DNA of 64,000 bases. It comes from a virus (Duplodnaviria > Caudoviricetes). The notes beneath the pieces were generated by a model, which saw only the letters and a list, made by a program, of their open reading frames with translations, was not told the DNA's origin and searched no databases. The DNA is taken from the IMG/VR virus record IMGVR_UViG_3300037313_000574, positions 8,291 to 72,290 of that record. One strand, written 5' to 3'. Shown piece after piece: positions 62,620 to 64,000 of this stretch (the first letter of the stretch is position 1; every line of letters begins with the position of its first letter). Both the position numbers and the translations under genes were made by a program.

Positions 62620-62837
62620 TACTTACTCCCTTGATCTGCTGATGGTTGGGCGGCTGGCCTGTCCATAGCGTTAAGTCGTTCTGTCTCGGCGCGACCGGCA
62701 GGGGATGCCCACCATGCTTCTACCCAGCCGTTTGCCCATGAATAGTGCGGCGTCCCAAAGCGATACGGGTTCTTGCTTGCTTTTTCGCCGCGCTCGAATG
62801 CCCTGCGACCTTCGCCTTCGTAGTCGCGTTGCGTCAT
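62619..62837 (-). CDS. Hypothetical protein (ribosome-modulation-factor-like motif)
   Basis: YEGEGRRAFERG...NPY...WANGW. Confidence 0.5.
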   Translation of the reverse strand: MTQRDYEGEGRRAFERGEKASKNPYRFGTPHYSWANGWVEAWWASPAGRAETERLNAMDRPAAQPSADQGSK

Positions 62838-63433
62838 GCTGCCTCCCCATTCTTTGCGCTCCCTGCGATAATCCCAGCGCATCCGCAGTCAGCTATGATC
62901 GTGTAGCCAAAGTCTTCTGCAAGTCCGCTCAAGCTGAACATTTCATAGTGGTTCGGCATAACGCCGTCATCGTCATGCCAGCGGAATGGTTCGCGCCAAA
63001 TGACTTTCTGGCCTGTGCCGAGGAAGGGGCGCAGGGCATCAGCTACGGATGCGGACAGCGATTTCTGAATCGGCGCGGCTTCCTGAGCGGGTGCGGTGGT
63101 GGCGGATTGCTCTGCAACCTGTAATGCCTTGACTAGCTTTGGGTGCAAGTCAATGGTGTCCGAGTCGGGGTCAACGATCTCGTTTTTGTCCCACATGATG
63201 ACGTAGCACATGCCGCCGATCACGCGGCCCTGGTAACCAGGTGCGCGGTCGAGAGTTGCTTTTACTTTGTCGTAAAAGGCCCGGAGGTGCTCAGGGTCTT
63301 CCTCATCGAAAAACGTCGGTGCGTTCTCTTGATCTTCATCTGCTGGGTAGTATCCCCGGTCGAGGGTATTTAGCAGAGCCATCAGGTCGCCAGCGGCATC
63401 AATGTCCTGTTCGGATGGTTTTGCCATCTTCAT
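62834..63433 (-). CDS. Hypothetical early-left protein
   Basis: Coupled overlaps; acidic central region. Confidence 0.6.
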   Translation of the reverse strand: MKMAKPSEQDIDAAGDLMALLNTLDRGYYPADEDQENAPTFFDEEDPEHLRAFYDKVKATLDRAPGYQGRVIGGMCYVIMWDKNEIVDPDSDTIDLHPKLVKALQVAEQSATTAPAQEAAPIQKSLSASVADALRPFLGTGQKVIWREPFRWHDDDGVMPNHYEMFSLSGLAEDFGYTIIADCGCAGIIAGSAKNGEAA

Positions 63434-64000
63434 GCTGCACCTCCTTCCTGCCCGCCTGCTTCCGGTGCGGTCTTGCCTGCAATAACCCGCTTGCGCATGG
63501 CGTAGATGACTTCATAGGCGCTGCCTTCGCCTGCCGTGTTCAAGGCGTCTAACACTTCCTCTAATGTTGATTCGATGATGGCGTTACGCTGTGCGGCTGG
63601 TTCCCATGACTCCAGCTTGCGCGCAATCTCGCCAAGAATGGTTCCTGCTGCCTCTGCAACTTGCTCATGCGAGCTGAATGGCATGGAGTAACCAACCAGC
63701 TTTGCCACGCGAGCAAGGCGCTTTGACAGGAATTCGGCGTCTGGTAGCTGTGCGGCTGGCTGGGTGATAACTGCGCGAGCTTCTTCGATTACACGATAGC
63801 GGCAGGCATAAGCATGCTGCCGGTGAAGTGGAGTGTTCGCACCGCAATTGCACGCTCCAACTGATGCCTTCGCCAATTCGCGCAGCAATCCCACGTTATG
63901 ACTTGCTGATCCTACCGGCTCTTGTGGCTGTGCCGGTGCAGCGATGCCGAACTGCGCCAATAATGCTTCGCGCTGCTGCTGTGGCGTTCCATACTCCAGC
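63430..64000 (-). CDS. Modular Ea22-like protein (5' end probably outside the window)
   Basis: Frame open to the window edge; APAQPQEP and GKTAPEA linkers shared with 10997..12052. Confidence 0.55.
   Translation of the reverse strand, partial: LEYGTPQQQREALLAQFGIAAPAQPQEPVGSASHNVGLLRELAKASVGACNCGANTPLHRQHAYACRYRVIEEARAVITQPAAQLPDAEFLSKRLARVAKLVGYSMPFSSHEQVAEAAGTILGEIARKLESWEPAAQRNAIIESTLEEVLDALNTAGEGSAYEVIYAMRKRVIAGKTAPEAGGQEGGAA

Noticed and set aside
1-64000. Host chromosomal DNA, IS elements or rRNA
   Set aside because: No housekeeping operons, transposases or rRNA signatures; dnaN and acpP sit inside ATGA-coupled phage operons

Overview
The whole 64-kb window is one temperate, podovirus-type (short-tailed, P22/N4-capsid-like) phage genome; no host chromosomal genes were found. 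It most resembles the Burkholderia Bcep22/BcepIL02 type: beta-clamp, acyl carrier protein, N4-gp56-type capsid, ejection proteins and a ~4900-aa DarB-like protein. Gene order on +: cI(-)/cro/cII switch; early/replication genes (beta-clamp, MmcB-like nuclease, Dam, DUF1364, DUF1376 initiator with iterons, ACP, VRR-NUC, late regulator); a structured non-coding late leader; terS, terL, portal; two candidate immune-signal sponges (Tad2/DUF2829 and a neighbour); scaffold and capsid; glycan-lyase-like and beta-helix/FN3 virion proteins; adaptors; holin-R-Rz-Rz1; tail nozzle and fibre; Fe/2OG hydroxylase + GNAT; two ejection proteins; and the giant polyvalent protein. Then come an intact attP (3' half of tRNA-Arg(ACG), IHF sites, arm repeats), int/xis(-) and the leftward early operon, which runs off the window end. 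Phage genes lie on both sides of the att core, so this looks like a free or excised genome, not an integrated prophage. Two HTH proteins resembling Oxalobacteraceae chromosomal proteins (from recall) suggest the host family. All family assignments come from motif reading and recall; no database search was run.
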